NCBI GenBank assembly: GCA_965202625.1
Contig: CBDBBI010000010.1
Span: 1,024,001 to 1,088,000, forward strand
Reading direction: 5' to 3'
Origin: a bacterium
GTDB taxonomy: Bacteria; UBA8248
Length of the DNA stretch: 64,000 nt
In this document: piece after piece, positions 10,688 to 21,687 of the stretch
How positions within the stretch are numbered: the first letter of the stretch is position 1
Layout: each line of letters opens with the position of its first letter
Program-made: the position numbers and the translations under genes
The notes under the pieces: model-generated
What the model was told of the DNA's origin: nothing
The model's database searches: none
What the model saw: the letters and a program-made list of their open reading frames with translations, nothing else

Positions 10688-10972
10688 CTACCCCAATGCA
10701 GATGAAACGATGAGCGCCACGCCAAGCAATATCCCGCCCACCACGATTCCGACTGCCCGATTCTGATCCTTGGACAGCGCATCGTTCACCGAGAAGGGCG
10801 TGATCCATTCGAAAATCTTGTAGCCGATCATCAATAAAATGATGCCGACCAGACCGTAGACGATAGACAGAAAAAGGCCCGTGCCAACACCCATGCGCGG
10901 CCCCGCTTGGGCGAAGGCGGCGAGAGGCGTCATCGAAAAACCCAAGGCAATAGCGATGACGAATTTTTTCAT
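10688..10972 (-). CDS. DUF350 family small membrane protein
   Basis: YKIFEWITPF..NRAVGIVVGG pattern with hydrophobic helices. Confidence 0.75.
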   Translation of the reverse strand: MKKFVIAIALGFSMTPLAAFAQAGPRMGVGTGLFLSIVYGLVGIILLMIGYKIFEWITPFSVNDALSKDQNRAVGIVVGGILLGVALIVSSALG

Positions 10973-11223
10973 GTACGAAACTCCTTTTTATGGGAGAGAA
11001 GGAAAATTCAATGCCGAGAGATCATTCTCAAAATGCGCACCAAGACAAGAAGAAGCATTCGCCCCAGGAGGAAAATGCACCGGTAAAAGCACCGTTCTTT
11101 TCATCAAGAGGGCCTCGCGTCGGGCGGTCAAGAGGATGCAAATAGATTAGCAGAGGGTGGAGATTTCCTCAATCACCCATTCTTATTCTACGTTCCGCCC
11201 TTGCAACGCGCTCATCGAGAGAT

Positions 11224-12003
11224 TCAATCCCATTTCCTGCCTGGCATGTGGTTATAGACGCTGTTCAGAATGCCGCCGTCGATGTCGAGACGAGAGGCCG
11301 TAATCCAATCAGATTCCTCGGAGAGCAAAAACAAAATCCCGTGCGCGATATCCACCGGCTGACCTACGCGACCTAGGGGCGTCACGTCGCTTCTACCCTT
11401 TTTGATCTCTGGGTCTTGCAGATAGGCGGTCAGTGGCGTTTCCGTGTGGCCGGGACATACGGCGTTCACGCGAATTCCCTTACGCGCCCATTCGATGCCC
11501 AGCTGTTTGGAAAGCATGATGATGCCCGCCTTCACCGTGCTGTACGCCCCCGACATTCCGTAAGGCTGGACCCCTGCATTTGATGAGAGATTCACGATGA
11601 CGCCCGGCCTTTCGTTCTCTATCAGCCAGCGACCCGTCGCCTGACACATCAAAAACATACCCGTGAGACCGATGTCCAGGACAAGGTTCCAGCTCTCCAA
11701 AGGCAAATCAACCAAAGGTGCGGGGGCCATCTTGATCGCGCAGTTCACCAAATGGTTCAGACCGCCGAACTCCCTAACCGCGCGCTCCACCGCAGCATGG
11801 CAAGATGCTTCATCCGTCACGTCGACCCTTTGAAACGCTGCTCTCTCTCGGCCGAGTTTCGTCTCCAACTCGACACCCAGATCCTCGTTCACGTCCCCGA
11901 TGAGAACGCGGCCCCCTTGCGCCACGTACATTTCACAAGTCTTGGCGCCAATGCCCCGCGCGCCTCCCGCGACGATGCAGACGTCTTCTTCAAAACGGCC
12001 CAT
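11224..12003 (-). CDS. SDR family oxidoreductase
   Basis: GGARGIG, YSTVK, RVNAVCPG. Confidence 0.92.
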   Translation of the reverse strand: MGRFEEDVCIVAGGARGIGAKTCEMYVAQGGRVLIGDVNEDLGVELETKLGRERAAFQRVDVTDEASCHAAVERAVREFGGLNHLVNCAIKMAPAPLVDLPLESWNLVLDIGLTGMFLMCQATGRWLIENERPGVIVNLSSNAGVQPYGMSGAYSTVKAGIIMLSKQLGIEWARKGIRVNAVCPGHTETPLTAYLQDPEIKKGRSDVTPLGRVGQPVDIAHGILFLLSEESDWITASRLDIDGGILNSVYNHMPGRKWD

Positions 12004-12024
12004 ACCCCGCCCTCCTCTCCTACT

Positions 12025-12837
12025 CTATTCAATCGTCCTATATCCTATCTCCCTGCCACCCCAGTTGCGTCCTGGCGTGTGGATCATCTTGCTCTCCGCC
12101 TGTCCGCCGTCGATGGGCAAGTTCGCCGCCGTGATGTACCTCGCCCGATCCGAGAGCAGGAACACGCACCCTTCCGCGATGTCCTCGGGCTTCGCCACGC
12201 GCCCCATCGGCACCACGGCGGCGCGACCCGCCGCGATTTCCGGGTTCTCGAACATAGCTTCCGTCATGGGGGTGCGCACCTGCCCCGGCGAGACCGTGTT
12301 CGCGCGAACACCGCGTCCGCCCCATTCCACGCCAAAGAGTTTGCCCAACATGATAGCCCCCGCCTTGCACACGCTATAGGCCCCCGCGAGGGGGTAGGCC
12401 TGCATCCCGCCTATCGAGGAGACGAAGACGATTGCGCCCGCCCTCCTCTCCAGCATCACGCGACCCGCCGCCTGAGCGCAAAGAAAATAGCCCTTGAGCC
12501 CAATGTCCATCACCATGTCCCAGTCGGCCTCAGGCAAATCCTCCAAATTTCCCGGCACGAGTTTGATCGCGCAGCACACGAGACCGTCTATCGTTCCAAA
12601 GGCTTCTACCGCTTGCACCACCATGCGTTGGGCGTCGGCTTTTTTCGAGGCGTCCATCTCAATTGAAATCGCCTCCCCGCCCGCCTCCTCCACCATGGAG
12701 ACCGTCTCAGCGGCGGTTTTCGGATCAATATCGGCCACGGCGACGGCAGATCCCTCGACCGCTGCAAGCAAGCACGTCGCCCGGCCGATGCCACTCCCCC
12801 CTCCGGTCACGACGACCTTCTTGCCCTCAAGCATCAT
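12025..12837 (-). CDS. SDR family oxidoreductase (paralog of neighbour)
   Basis: TGGGSGIG, YSVCK, NTVSPG; shares an H.PGR.W tail with the downstream SDR. Confidence 0.92.
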   Translation of the reverse strand: MMLEGKKVVVTGGGSGIGRATCLLAAVEGSAVAVADIDPKTAAETVSMVEEAGGEAISIEMDASKKADAQRMVVQAVEAFGTIDGLVCCAIKLVPGNLEDLPEADWDMVMDIGLKGYFLCAQAAGRVMLERRAGAIVFVSSIGGMQAYPLAGAYSVCKAGAIMLGKLFGVEWGGRGVRANTVSPGQVRTPMTEAMFENPEIAAGRAAVVPMGRVAKPEDIAEGCVFLLSDRARYITAANLPIDGGQAESKMIHTPGRNWGGREIGYRTIE

Positions 12838-12948
12838 GGCGCGATCCTCCCTCGAAAACGATGTCTGCAGTCTATCATAGGCGCGCGGTTCGCAACGTTC
12901 GGCGTCCACCTCCGGGCGCATTTTATTTCCATCATATAAAACAACAGA

Positions 12949-13320
12949 CTAGGGAGTTATGAAGGGCGTTTGGGGTGTTTGAGGATGAAATTTTTTCGAG
13001 AAATATCGTGAATTTAGCGTATTTTTCGATATTCTCATCCACAGGCTGTAAACGCCAGAACCGCCAAAAGAAACCGGTGCGCCCGACTCAAGAAGCATCC
13101 CCTCATCACAAATATAAATGAAGGACATCTGCTCGTGGGGACGCCTGTGCACGACGACCTCGGAGCTTCGGGAGAAAGTCCAGAGCGCGAGCGTCTGCTC
13201 TCGCCCACGATCATGTGGAACTCAATGACGCTCTCGGAGAGGACGTTCGCGTGGTTGACGCGCACGGAGGGAACCTCGTCCCGTCTCCGAAAGATTATGG
13301 TTTCCTCCTTCTTGGTTCTT
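12949..13320 (-). pseudogene. Possible cupin-domain remnant
   Basis: Two offset frames give IFRRRDEVPS..EFHMIVGE and VHRRPHEQMSFIYI (HxHxxEQ-like). Confidence 0.35.
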
Positions 13321-13431
13321 GATTGAACGAGTGGGAAGCCGACGAATGGAAGTCTCAAAACCAAGGGACGCCGCCAAAGCGGGCATGACGCCTGGGTGAA
13401 TAGAGATGGAGCGTGGAGACGACCTATGGAC

Positions 13432-14490
13432 CTATTTCCACCCTTTCCACAAATTGGCCCGGCGCATGAACACGGACGGATCCGCGTGCCACTCTCGATA
13501 CCCGATGCGCCGGCCGCTCGTCAGCCAGTCAATCTTGTCGCTGATGCAAGCGGCTAGTTCCGCGTCTTTCACGGAAAGGGCAAAGCCGCCATACTCGTCT
13601 ATCGGGCCCAAGGCGGTGACCGCGAATGCGCCGCCAGAAGCATGGGCCGCGGCACTGTTGCCGATCTCCACGCCTGCCACCGCGTCTATCCGCCTCTCTC
13701 GAAGCGCCGCCAGAAGCGCAGCTTCGCCGGTTTTCTCGCCGAGATAAATCACCTGCGGCATGGTCTCTGCCGGTGGGAGCAGGCGTCGCCGCCCAAGGAG
13801 GCGCGAGGACGCGCCAGAGGCGTTGATAACGTAATTCGCCCCGCCGTCGGCGACGACCACGCGGTGCGCCATCTCCGCGCGCGTTCCAGCGGCGAGAACG
13901 CCGGCGGCGTTCGCAAGCCCCGTCAACTGCAAAAGACGCGCCTCTCCCGTCGTGCCAGCCAAGGCGCCGACGCGCACGCTGCTGGTCAACCTGTCATGCG
14001 AGGGGAGGCGCGCAGCGTCGGCGGCGCGCACCAGAAGCGACTGGCGGAACGCGACATGCCCCGATGTGAAGACGACGGCGCGCGCGCGCGCCGCGTCTCG
14101 AGTACGGGAATCGAGAATCGTGATGCCGCCGCCCACCATGTCATATTCAGTGCCGGCGGGAAGCAGCCAGATGCTCTCCCATTGGGCGATGGGGCTGCGC
14201 GAGAAGGACAGATCCGCGCCTTTCATGGCTTCGAGAGCGTCCAGTAAATCCGCCTCGTAGCCGCGATGGACTTTGAAGCCGGGGGATTTCGGAGCGGCGT
14301 CCGCGCTGTAGCTCAAGGGTTTGAAAAAAGCGTAGAAACCGAACCGAAGAACGCGTCCATCGCTCGGACAAGCCTTCGGTGCCGCGGCGAACCCAGAAGT
14401 GGTGCAGGCGAGAGCGAGAAGAAAGGCGAACGCTCCGGCGAGCAGGCCTTTCAGATTGCGAGCAGAATGGGGAGAAATTCTGGGGCACAC
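13432..14490 (-). CDS. ABC-type substrate-binding protein (family 3-like)
   Basis: Signal peptide, FKPLSY, GYEADL, GGGITI, VGALAGTTGE. Confidence 0.75.
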   Translation of the reverse strand: MCPRISPHSARNLKGLLAGAFAFLLALACTTSGFAAAPKACPSDGRVLRFGFYAFFKPLSYSADAAPKSPGFKVHRGYEADLLDALEAMKGADLSFSRSPIAQWESIWLLPAGTEYDMVGGGITILDSRTRDAARARAVVFTSGHVAFRQSLLVRAADAARLPSHDRLTSSVRVGALAGTTGEARLLQLTGLANAAGVLAAGTRAEMAHRVVVADGGANYVINASGASSRLLGRRRLLPPAETMPQVIYLGEKTGEAALLAALRERRIDAVAGVEIGNSAAAHASGGAFAVTALGPIDEYGGFALSVKDAELAACISDKIDWLTSGRRIGYREWHADPSVFMRRANLWKGWK

Positions 14491-15082
14491 AGTTTCATCG
14501 TTCCTATGCTTTTTAGCACGTGATGACGCTGGCGCGCCATTGAGGGCAGCTATGAAAGAGCATTCATCACCCGATTATCATCATACGATGTTTTGCGCAC
14601 ACGACGCCATCGCCCGCCTCTATCGGAATCCATAGGGAACGTATGACGCACCGCTAATCACGAGGGAAAGATGATGAATCTGGACCAATAGGTTGAAATA
14701 CTTCAGGAACTCCTGCGATATCCATCCGTTCCTAAGCGAGGCTACCCTTTTGCGTTCTTACTACTAACTGATTCACACGGCCCGTATGTCGATCCAAACG
14801 AAAGGTACACCGTAAGGATAATGTGGATCCAACAATCTTAGATCGCGCGTCCGGCCGCGTTTCTTGCATATCCCCCCAGAGGATGGAGCCGGCGCGACGA
14901 GAGGCGGAGAATGCGGCTTCATCGCTCCGGTTCTTTCAACGATATGCCTTGTTCAGCCATGAAGAACATGAAAATTCAGATTCTAATCGCACGCCCTCAA
15001 AAAAAAGAAGCGGCAGGCCATAGATTCATCCCCAGCTCATTCCGAGGTGGGTCAATCAAAAGGCTGTATCCGTCTCCTTCAA

Positions 15083-15463
15083 CCCCCTAACCTGAAAATC
15101 GAGAGATCGCTATCTGTTTCCAATGAACTTGTTAGAGTTTCAGAATGAAACTTATACTTTAATTTAGTAGCGAAATACTTCTGACTGATAAACCTCCCCT
15201 CAATTTTAGTGATGTCACCTTTTTTGATTCTCTTGGATAGTTCACGAGCAAAGTACGTAGCCAGGGAATCTGGGCCGGTCCCTGTCCCGCCAATTCGCTT
15301 TCCAATCTGTTGAGATTTGGTAGGTTGAGAACCGAATTGCGATTTGGTAGGGGGTCATGAATGGTCGTCCAAAATGGTGATTTGGGTCACGATCGCTCCT
15401 TATAGGTATGTCCAAAACCTCAACGATTTTATCTTCTAACTTGAGGTTGTCCCAATCCGACAT
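15083..15463 (-). pseudogene. Frameshifted low-GC hypothetical gene next to the tRNA 3' end
   Basis: MSDWDN..HHFGRPFMTPYQIAI continues in another frame as IGKRIGGTGTGPDSLATYFARELSKRIKKG..SIFRL; GGAGAGG RBS. Confidence 0.5.
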
Positions 15464-15505
15464 GAATTTCCTCTCCTTTGATTCGATTCCCTGCAAGTTT
15501 CATAA

Positions 15506-15588
15506 TGCCCGGAGCCGGACTCGAACCGGCACGGCCTCTCGGCCAAGGGATTTTAAGTCCCTAGTGTCTACCATTCCACCACCCGGGC
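15506..15588 (-). tRNA. tRNA-Leu (anticodon TAA)
   Basis: GCCCGGG acceptor, TGGTGGAATGGTAGACAC D arm, GGGAC-TTAAAA-TCCC anticodon arm, long variable arm, GGTTCGAGTCC T arm; CCA not encoded. Confidence 0.96.
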
Positions 15589-15899
15589 TGGTTCGAGGAG
15601 AATACCCCACGAGACGGCGTTTATTCCACTTTGATACTTCGCGCGAGACGCAAGAGAGGAGCGGGAAGGAGGCGCGCATTTTCCCGTTGACGTAAAGGAT
15701 GACCATATTCGGCACCAATGGCCATGCGCGCGCAAGGCATGGTCGCAAACGAAAGAAGAGCGGCGGCCACGAGACGTAACTTCATCCCATGGGTCGCGCG
15801 ACCCCCTTCGCGCGTCAAGTGGAAATTCAAGCCCCGCGAGAGTATTTCATACCCTGAAGATCCGGACCTTTCGCTCAGATCACCTGTAAAAGGTGCAGC

Positions 15900-17174
15900 C
15901 TAGCCCATGTACTCCAGAATGTGCAGGCCCAGCCCCCAGCGGTCGGCCATGTAGATGAGGCCCGTATCCTTGTCCACCTGAACGTCGTTGCTCTGGGGGC
16001 AGCAGCGCTCCTTCGTGCCGGCGGGGATGTAGTAGCCCACCTCCTTGGGCCGGAAGGGATTCGACCAGTCCACCACCCGCAGCCCCGCGTTGAACCAGCA
16101 GATGTACATGAGGTCGTCCTTCGTCATGTCAAGCCAGATGTTGTGCGCGCCGTGGCGCGAGCCCGTCTCGCTCCATTTCCTGTCGAGGGGCCGCATTTCA
16201 ACGGGGTCGATCTCATAGGGCATGAAGGTGCTCACGGGCAGAGGCGCAAGCGGGTTTCTCAGATCGTAGAAGGTGACGAACGCCGGAGGATCATCGCAGT
16301 TCACCGTGGTGGTCTCCTGCGTCACGATGCCGAAATCCGACCCCTCCGGCACCAGAAAGCTGTGATAGCAGCCCGCCCAGCCGTGCGTCTCATGGGGGTT
16401 GTGTCGCCACACGAGCTCAGGCGCGGCCGGATCGGTCAAGTCGAACAGGGCGACGCCTGCGTCCCAATAGCCCGCGGTGACGTAGTTTCCCCAAGGGTTC
16501 CCCTCGTGAATCCAGGCTCCGTCGCCCACGATGTCCGGATCCCAGGAGGGCTCCTCCCCCTCCTTCTGGCCGGGTATAGCGCCCATGCCGATGAACTCCG
16601 GTGCCCAAGGGTCCTTCATGTCGTGGACGAGGAGCACCTTGCCCCGATAGCCGTCCTTGAAGCCCGAGCTGTACATGAGCTGCCGCTTGCGGTCGTAGAT
16701 CGGCCGGTGGATTCCAAAGCCGTCCACCTCCACGTAGTTCACGAATTTAGGATGGAACGGGTCGCGGTTGTCGAAGACGCGCAAGCCACCGATGGCGTCC
16801 GGATATTTCTCTCGCAAGGCGGGCCGCAGCTCGGAGTTCGTGATCAGCACCTCGTCGTTGATGCGCAGCACCTTGTGCGTGCGCGCCGCGGGGCTGTCCA
16901 CAATCTGGTTGATGATTTTGGGATTCGCCGGATCTTTGACGTCGAGAATCGTCATGCCGTCGTGGCCGTTCACGCCCGAGGCCGCGACGTAGCAGATGCC
17001 GCCGCCCACCTGAATCTGAAACGCGTCGCCCCAGCCGTTCAGGTCCGAATGGGCGACGAGGCGGACGCCCTGCGCCTCCTCCTGCCAAGGCTCGGTGAGC
17101 ACGTGATCCACTCCCGTGTAGGCGTCGTTGCCACCGCCTCGAATGGGGTTTGGGTGATACGAGGGTCTGGGCAT
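15900..17174 (-). CDS. LVIVD-repeat beta-propeller protein
   Basis: Repeated ILDVKDPANP, LFDLTDPAAP, VVDWSNPFRP units; WFNAGLRV, GLHILEY. Confidence 0.8.
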   Translation of the reverse strand: MPRPSYHPNPIRGGGNDAYTGVDHVLTEPWQEEAQGVRLVAHSDLNGWGDAFQIQVGGGICYVAASGVNGHDGMTILDVKDPANPKIINQIVDSPAARTHKVLRINDEVLITNSELRPALREKYPDAIGGLRVFDNRDPFHPKFVNYVEVDGFGIHRPIYDRKRQLMYSSGFKDGYRGKVLLVHDMKDPWAPEFIGMGAIPGQKEGEEPSWDPDIVGDGAWIHEGNPWGNYVTAGYWDAGVALFDLTDPAAPELVWRHNPHETHGWAGCYHSFLVPEGSDFGIVTQETTTVNCDDPPAFVTFYDLRNPLAPLPVSTFMPYEIDPVEMRPLDRKWSETGSRHGAHNIWLDMTKDDLMYICWFNAGLRVVDWSNPFRPKEVGYYIPAGTKERCCPQSNDVQVDKDTGLIYMADRWGLGLHILEYMG

Positions 17175-17316
17175 GGTTCCTCCGCGAAAAAAATAGACGA
17201 TGACGAATGAAGCGAACTCGCGAGTTTCACTATATGAGAAAATTCCGGCTTGCGAAAGCACGGGAGGGAGCCGGCTTCTATTGCCTCTTCATTCAAGCCA
17301 TCCCCTCCTGAGGGGG

Positions 17317-18438
17317 TCATTCTTGCCGGAACAAGCGGATGAAATCCGCAAAGGGGGCGGGCGGGATTTTGGCGACCTCCATGTTTTCCAGAACGTGAGA
17401 GATCTGGCGCATTCCCACGAGGGCGACGGCCACGCCGGGTGCGCTGCGCGTGAACTGAATGGCGCGCTGCGCATCGGTGGAAAAACCGGAAAACGTCTCC
17501 CCCACGACGGCGGGAAGCCCTTGGGCCGCTTGTCCCTGAAGCATTGAGCCGCTCGTCATGACGGTGAGGCCGCTCTGGGCGGCGGCGGCCAGAAAACTCT
17601 TCATCTCTCCGCCTTGGTCCTGATTCGGCCGGGAGAAAGCCTCGGTCATGCCCAGGTTCAGGGGCAGCTGCACCGCCCGAAAATGGTGATCCTCCCCGCC
17701 CGCCGCCCGCGCCGCCTCCAACACCTCGGCGAGCGAGAGATACTCCCCCTCGTCCGGTGCCAGGCGATAGCCATTCCAGGTGGCCGTGCCGTAGGTACGT
17801 ATCTTCCTTTCCGCCACGGCACGCTCGCACTCCTCGAAAGCGTCCCGCAGCCGGCCCAGAAAAATTTTTCGTGAAACCGCCTGCAGCTGCGTCTCGGGGT
17901 TGTGGAGGTAATAGACGTCGATGGTCTCAAGTCCCAGGTTCCGAAGGCTCGCTTCCAGTTCGTGCCGCAAATACGCAGGCGTCATGCAGTGACAATTTGC
18001 GACGACGTCCGCAGGGGTGCAGATACGAGGCGCGAAATAGGTTTTTCGCATGTAATCCTCAAAATCTTCCCGCCCCTGGGGCGGATGCGCGTCGAAGGGA
18101 ATGAATCCCCCTTTCGAGGATATGACCAGCCCCTCCCTGCGCGCATCCCCTGCGGCGAACGCATCCTCCAAAGCCGCCCCGGCGCTCCTCTCGCTGCGCT
18201 GAAAACGATAGTTCACCGCCGTGTCGATGACGTTGCACCCGCTGCGGACGGCGGCTGCCAGAGACGCGCGATACGCCTCGTCCGTCGCCTCATCCGCCTC
18301 TCCGAGATAGGTGCCGACCCCGATCGAGGAGAGCCAGAGGCCGTTTGATTCCCGGAAATGCGCGGGATGGCAAGTGGAGGAGTGCGTTTGCGCATAGCTT
18401 CGCGTCCCCTCGGTCGTAGCGAAACCCGGATGGGACAT
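17317..18438 (-). CDS. Aldo/keto reductase
   Basis: IDTAVNY, SSKGG, SLRNLGLETIDVYYLHNP, QLPLN. Confidence 0.9.
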   Translation of the reverse strand: MSHPGFATTEGTRSYAQTHSSTCHPAHFRESNGLWLSSIGVGTYLGEADEATDEAYRASLAAAVRSGCNVIDTAVNYRFQRSERSAGAALEDAFAAGDARREGLVISSKGGFIPFDAHPPQGREDFEDYMRKTYFAPRICTPADVVANCHCMTPAYLRHELEASLRNLGLETIDVYYLHNPETQLQAVSRKIFLGRLRDAFEECERAVAERKIRTYGTATWNGYRLAPDEGEYLSLAEVLEAARAAGGEDHHFRAVQLPLNLGMTEAFSRPNQDQGGEMKSFLAAAAQSGLTVMTSGSMLQGQAAQGLPAVVGETFSGFSTDAQRAIQFTRSAPGVAVALVGMRQISHVLENMEVAKIPPAPFADFIRLFRQE

Positions 18439-18741
18439 CAGGGGATTATCCGCTCGGCCAATGGGAGGCGAGGTCGGCAGCGTTCAGGGCGAACGCGGGA
18501 AGGGGCTGAATGAGGTTTTCTGCGGCGGTGCGGATGGTCATTCACGGCATGAATCCCTCGCCCGCAAGGTCTTTTCTGATCTCTATTGCCTCTCCTGCTC
18601 CGGGCCTGTCAATGTTTCGCGAGCACACTCTATCAGACAAGACGGGAAGGTTCATACTTTAGAGTGAAGCGTCCACACATGATACAACCAAGGGCGGAGA
18701 AGATGAACGAAAAAAGCCGCTTTTCGTCAAAAATTGCCTCC

Positions 18742-18770
18742 TTGACACGCCCCCCCACTTCACCGATAAT
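18742..18770 (+). promoter_or_regulatory. Sigma70-type promoter for the cox-like operon
   Basis: TTGACA, 17 bp spacer, GATAAT. Confidence 0.55.
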
Positions 18771-18885
18771 ACACCCATCCGATAATTTCATTGAGGGCGA
18801 GGTCGCTATTTGCACATGATAGAGAAGCTGTTTTCCTCGTTGGGGAGCGCGCTTTGGACGTCTTTCACGAGAGGGGCTGAAGACC

Positions 18886-19350
18886 TTGGAAATCACCCTC
18901 ACCATCAACGGCGAGAGCCAGACATACGACGCACCGCCCAGAACCCTTCTGGTTCACCTCCTGCGCGATGAGGCGGGGCTTACGGGTACCCACGTCGCTT
19001 GCGAAACCTCGATATGCGGGGCCTGCACCGTCCTGATTGACGGCAAGGCGGTGAAAAGCTGCACCCTGCTGGCCGCACAGGCGGACGGCTGTGCGATCAC
19101 GACCATTGAGGGGGTGGCCTCGGGCGATGCGCTTCACCCTCTTCAGGAGCAGTTCTGGGAGAAGCACGGCCTTCAGTGCGGCTACTGCACGCCGGGCATG
19201 ATCATGACGGCACACCAGCTCATCGCGTCGAACCCCGACCCGAGCGATGCGGAAATCCGGCACGGCATCGAGGGGAACGTTTGCCGATGCACGGGTTATC
19301 AGAACATCGTCGACGCCATTTCCGCCGCGGCGGCCCAGATGAGGGAATAA
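18886..19350 (+). CDS. CoxS/CutS-like 2x[2Fe-2S] subunit
   Basis: [26 protein letters not shown]. Confidence 0.93.
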   Translation: MEITLTINGESQTYDAPPRTLLVHLLRDEAGLTGTHVACETSICGACTVLIDGKAVKSCTLLAAQADGCAITTIEGVASGDALHPLQEQFWEKHGLQCGYCTPGMIMTAHQLIASNPDPSDAEIRHGIEGNVCRCTGYQNIVDAISAAAAQMRE

Positions 19351-19353
19351 CAG

Positions 19354-21687
19354 ATGGCACAGGCTCCCAAGTTCATCGGCGCGCCCATCAAGAGACGAGA
19401 CGATCCGCGTCTCATTCAGGGCCTCGCCCATTACGTGGACGACTTCAACCCGCCCGGCACCCTGCACATGGCGGTGGTGAGAAGTCCATACGGCCACGCC
19501 GCCATACGCTCGGTCGACGCGTCGAAGGCCCGGGCTGCGGAGGGCGTCGTCGCCGTATATACGTATGAGGACACGAAAGGGATCGGCCCCGTTCCAGTAG
19601 GCGGCCTCGTGCCTGACGCCAAGGTGCCCGAGCAGCCGGTTCTGGCGAACAAGAAGGCGCTCTTCGCCGGAGAGCCCATCGCCGTGGTCGTCGCGCGGAC
19701 GCGCTATGGTGCGCGAGACGCCGCGGAACTCGTGGAGGTCGATTGCGATCCGCTCGACGCCGTGGTGGACGTCGAAAGCGCCCTGGACGCCAACGCACCC
19801 AGGGTGCACGAGGCGTATGAGAACAACGAGGCGTTCAAATGGGGGATATCCGGCGGGGACGTGGAAGCCGGCTTCAGGGCGGCCGACGTCATCGTCAAGG
19901 AGCGCATCACGAACGCCCGCGTCGCTCCGCTGGCACTGGAGCCTCGGGGCGTTCTGGCCCACTACCTGCCGGGCGAGGACAAGATGACGCTGTGGACCTC
20001 CACCCAGGTACCGCACAAGGTGCGCACGCTGGTGGCGGGCCAGATTGGCATGCCGGAGAATCGCATGCGCGTCATCGCACCCGAGGTGGGCGGCGGCTTT
20101 GGCAGCAAACTCAACATCTACCGCGAGGAGGCACTCGCCGCCTACGTCTCGCGCGAACTCGGCTTGCCGATCAAATGGGTGGAGAGCCGCTCAGAGAATT
20201 TCATGGCCACCATTCACGGGCGCGGCCAGGTGGGCGAAGTGGAGATGGGGCTCAAGAGCGACGGCACCATCACCGCCTTTCGCTACAACGTCCTTGCCGA
20301 CTGCGGCGCCTACTATCAGCTGCTCACCGTGGCCATCTTCACGCTAACGGGCCTCATGCTTCCCGGTCCCTACAAAATCGACAACGTCGAGATGAACGCC
20401 ACCGGCGTGTTCACGAACAAGATAGCGACGGACGCCTACCGGGGCGCCGGCCGTCCCGAGGCCACCTACATTCTCGAACGCATGATGGACGTCGCGGCGA
20501 AAAAGCTGGGGATGGACCCCGCGGAAATCCGCCGAAGGAATTTTCCGGACAAGGCCGACTTCCCCTTCCCTACGTCCGCCGGCCTCACCTACGACAGCGG
20601 GGATTACCACGCGGCACTCGAGCGCGCACTCGAGGCCGCCGACTACCCCGCCATGCGCGCCCAGCAAGAGGAGGCCCGAAAGGCGGGTCGGCATCTGGGA
20701 ATCGGCCTTTCCACCTACGTCGAGATTTGCGGTATGGGGCCTTCCGCCGCCATGGGCGGCCAGGGATGGGAGAGTGCGCGCGTGCGCGTGGAGCCCACGG
20801 GCAAGGCCACCGTATTCTCCGGCGCCTCGCCCCACGGCCAGGGCCAGCAAACCTCCTTCGCCCAGATCGTGGCCGACGGGCTGGGCATCGGGGTGGACGA
20901 CGTCACCGTCATTCACGGGGACACCGACGTGGTACCCTATGGCGTGGGCACCTTCGGCAGCCGGGGCACGGTGGTGGGCGGCTCGGCGGTCGTCTGCGCG
21001 CGCGACAAGGTGCGCGAGAAGATGGCCAAATTCGCGGCGCTCGAATTCGAGGCGGACGCGAGCGACGTCGCCTTCGAGGGCGGGGAGGTTTTCGTCAAGA
21101 GCGCACCCGAGAAGTCGGCCGCCTTCGCCGACATCGCGCAGCTCGCCTACAGTGCCATCAAACTTCCGGAGAACACCGATCCGGGGCTTGAGGAGACGCA
21201 CTTCTTCGAGCCGAGCAACTTCACCTTCCCCTTCGGGGCGCACGTCGTTCTGGCCGAGGTGGATTCAGAGACGGGGGACGTGGAGATTCTCCGATACGTA
21301 GCGGTGGACGACGTGGGCAACATGATCAACCCGCTGCTCGTCCAGGGCCAGATTCACGGCGGCATCGCCCAGGGGATGGGACAGGCACTGGAAGAGGAGA
21401 TGCTCTACGGCGAGGGCGGACAGCCGCTCAACGCATCCCTCATGCACTACGCCCTCCCCAAGGCGAATCGCCTGCCCCGCTTCGAGCTTCTCCACACCAC
21501 CACGCCGACGGACGTCAACCCGCTCGGGGCGAAAGGCGTGGGCGAGGCCGGTACCATCGGCTCCACCCCCGCCGTGGTGAACGCCGTCATCGACGCCCTC
21601 GCACCCTTTGGCGTCACCCACATCGACATGCCCCTGCGCCCCGAGAAGGTATGGCGCGCCATCGCCGGAAAGAAGGGTCTCGCATGA
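19354..21687 (+). CDS. Xanthine dehydrogenase family Mo-binding subunit, form II CoxL-like
   Basis: VGGGFGSK, AYRGAGR active-site loop, GQIHGG, AKGVGE. Confidence 0.92.
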   Translation: MAQAPKFIGAPIKRRDDPRLIQGLAHYVDDFNPPGTLHMAVVRSPYGHAAIRSVDASKARAAEGVVAVYTYEDTKGIGPVPVGGLVPDAKVPEQPVLANKKALFAGEPIAVVVARTRYGARDAAELVEVDCDPLDAVVDVESALDANAPRVHEAYENNEAFKWGISGGDVEAGFRAADVIVKERITNARVAPLALEPRGVLAHYLPGEDKMTLWTSTQVPHKVRTLVAGQIGMPENRMRVIAPEVGGGFGSKLNIYREEALAAYVSRELGLPIKWVESRSENFMATIHGRGQVGEVEMGLKSDGTITAFRYNVLADCGAYYQLLTVAIFTLTGLMLPGPYKIDNVEMNATGVFTNKIATDAYRGAGRPEATYILERMMDVAAKKLGMDPAEIRRRNFPDKADFPFPTSAGLTYDSGDYHAALERALEAADYPAMRAQQEEARKAGRHLGIGLSTYVEICGMGPSAAMGGQGWESARVRVEPTGKATVFSGASPHGQGQQTSFAQIVADGLGIGVDDVTVIHGDTDVVPYGVGTFGSRGTVVGGSAVVCARDKVREKMAKFAALEFEADASDVAFEGGEVFVKSAPEKSAAFADIAQLAYSAIKLPENTDPGLEETHFFEPSNFTFPFGAHVVLAEVDSETGDVEILRYVAVDDVGNMINPLLVQGQIHGGIAQGMGQALEEEMLYGEGGQPLNASLMHYALPKANRLPRFELLHTTTPTDVNPLGAKGVGEAGTIGSTPAVVNAVIDALAPFGVTHIDMPLRPEKVWRAIAGKKGLA

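Noticed and set aside
19354-21687. Bona fide aerobic CO dehydrogenase (coxL form I)
   Set aside because: Active-site loop is AYRGAGR, not AYxCSFR, and accessory cox genes are missing.
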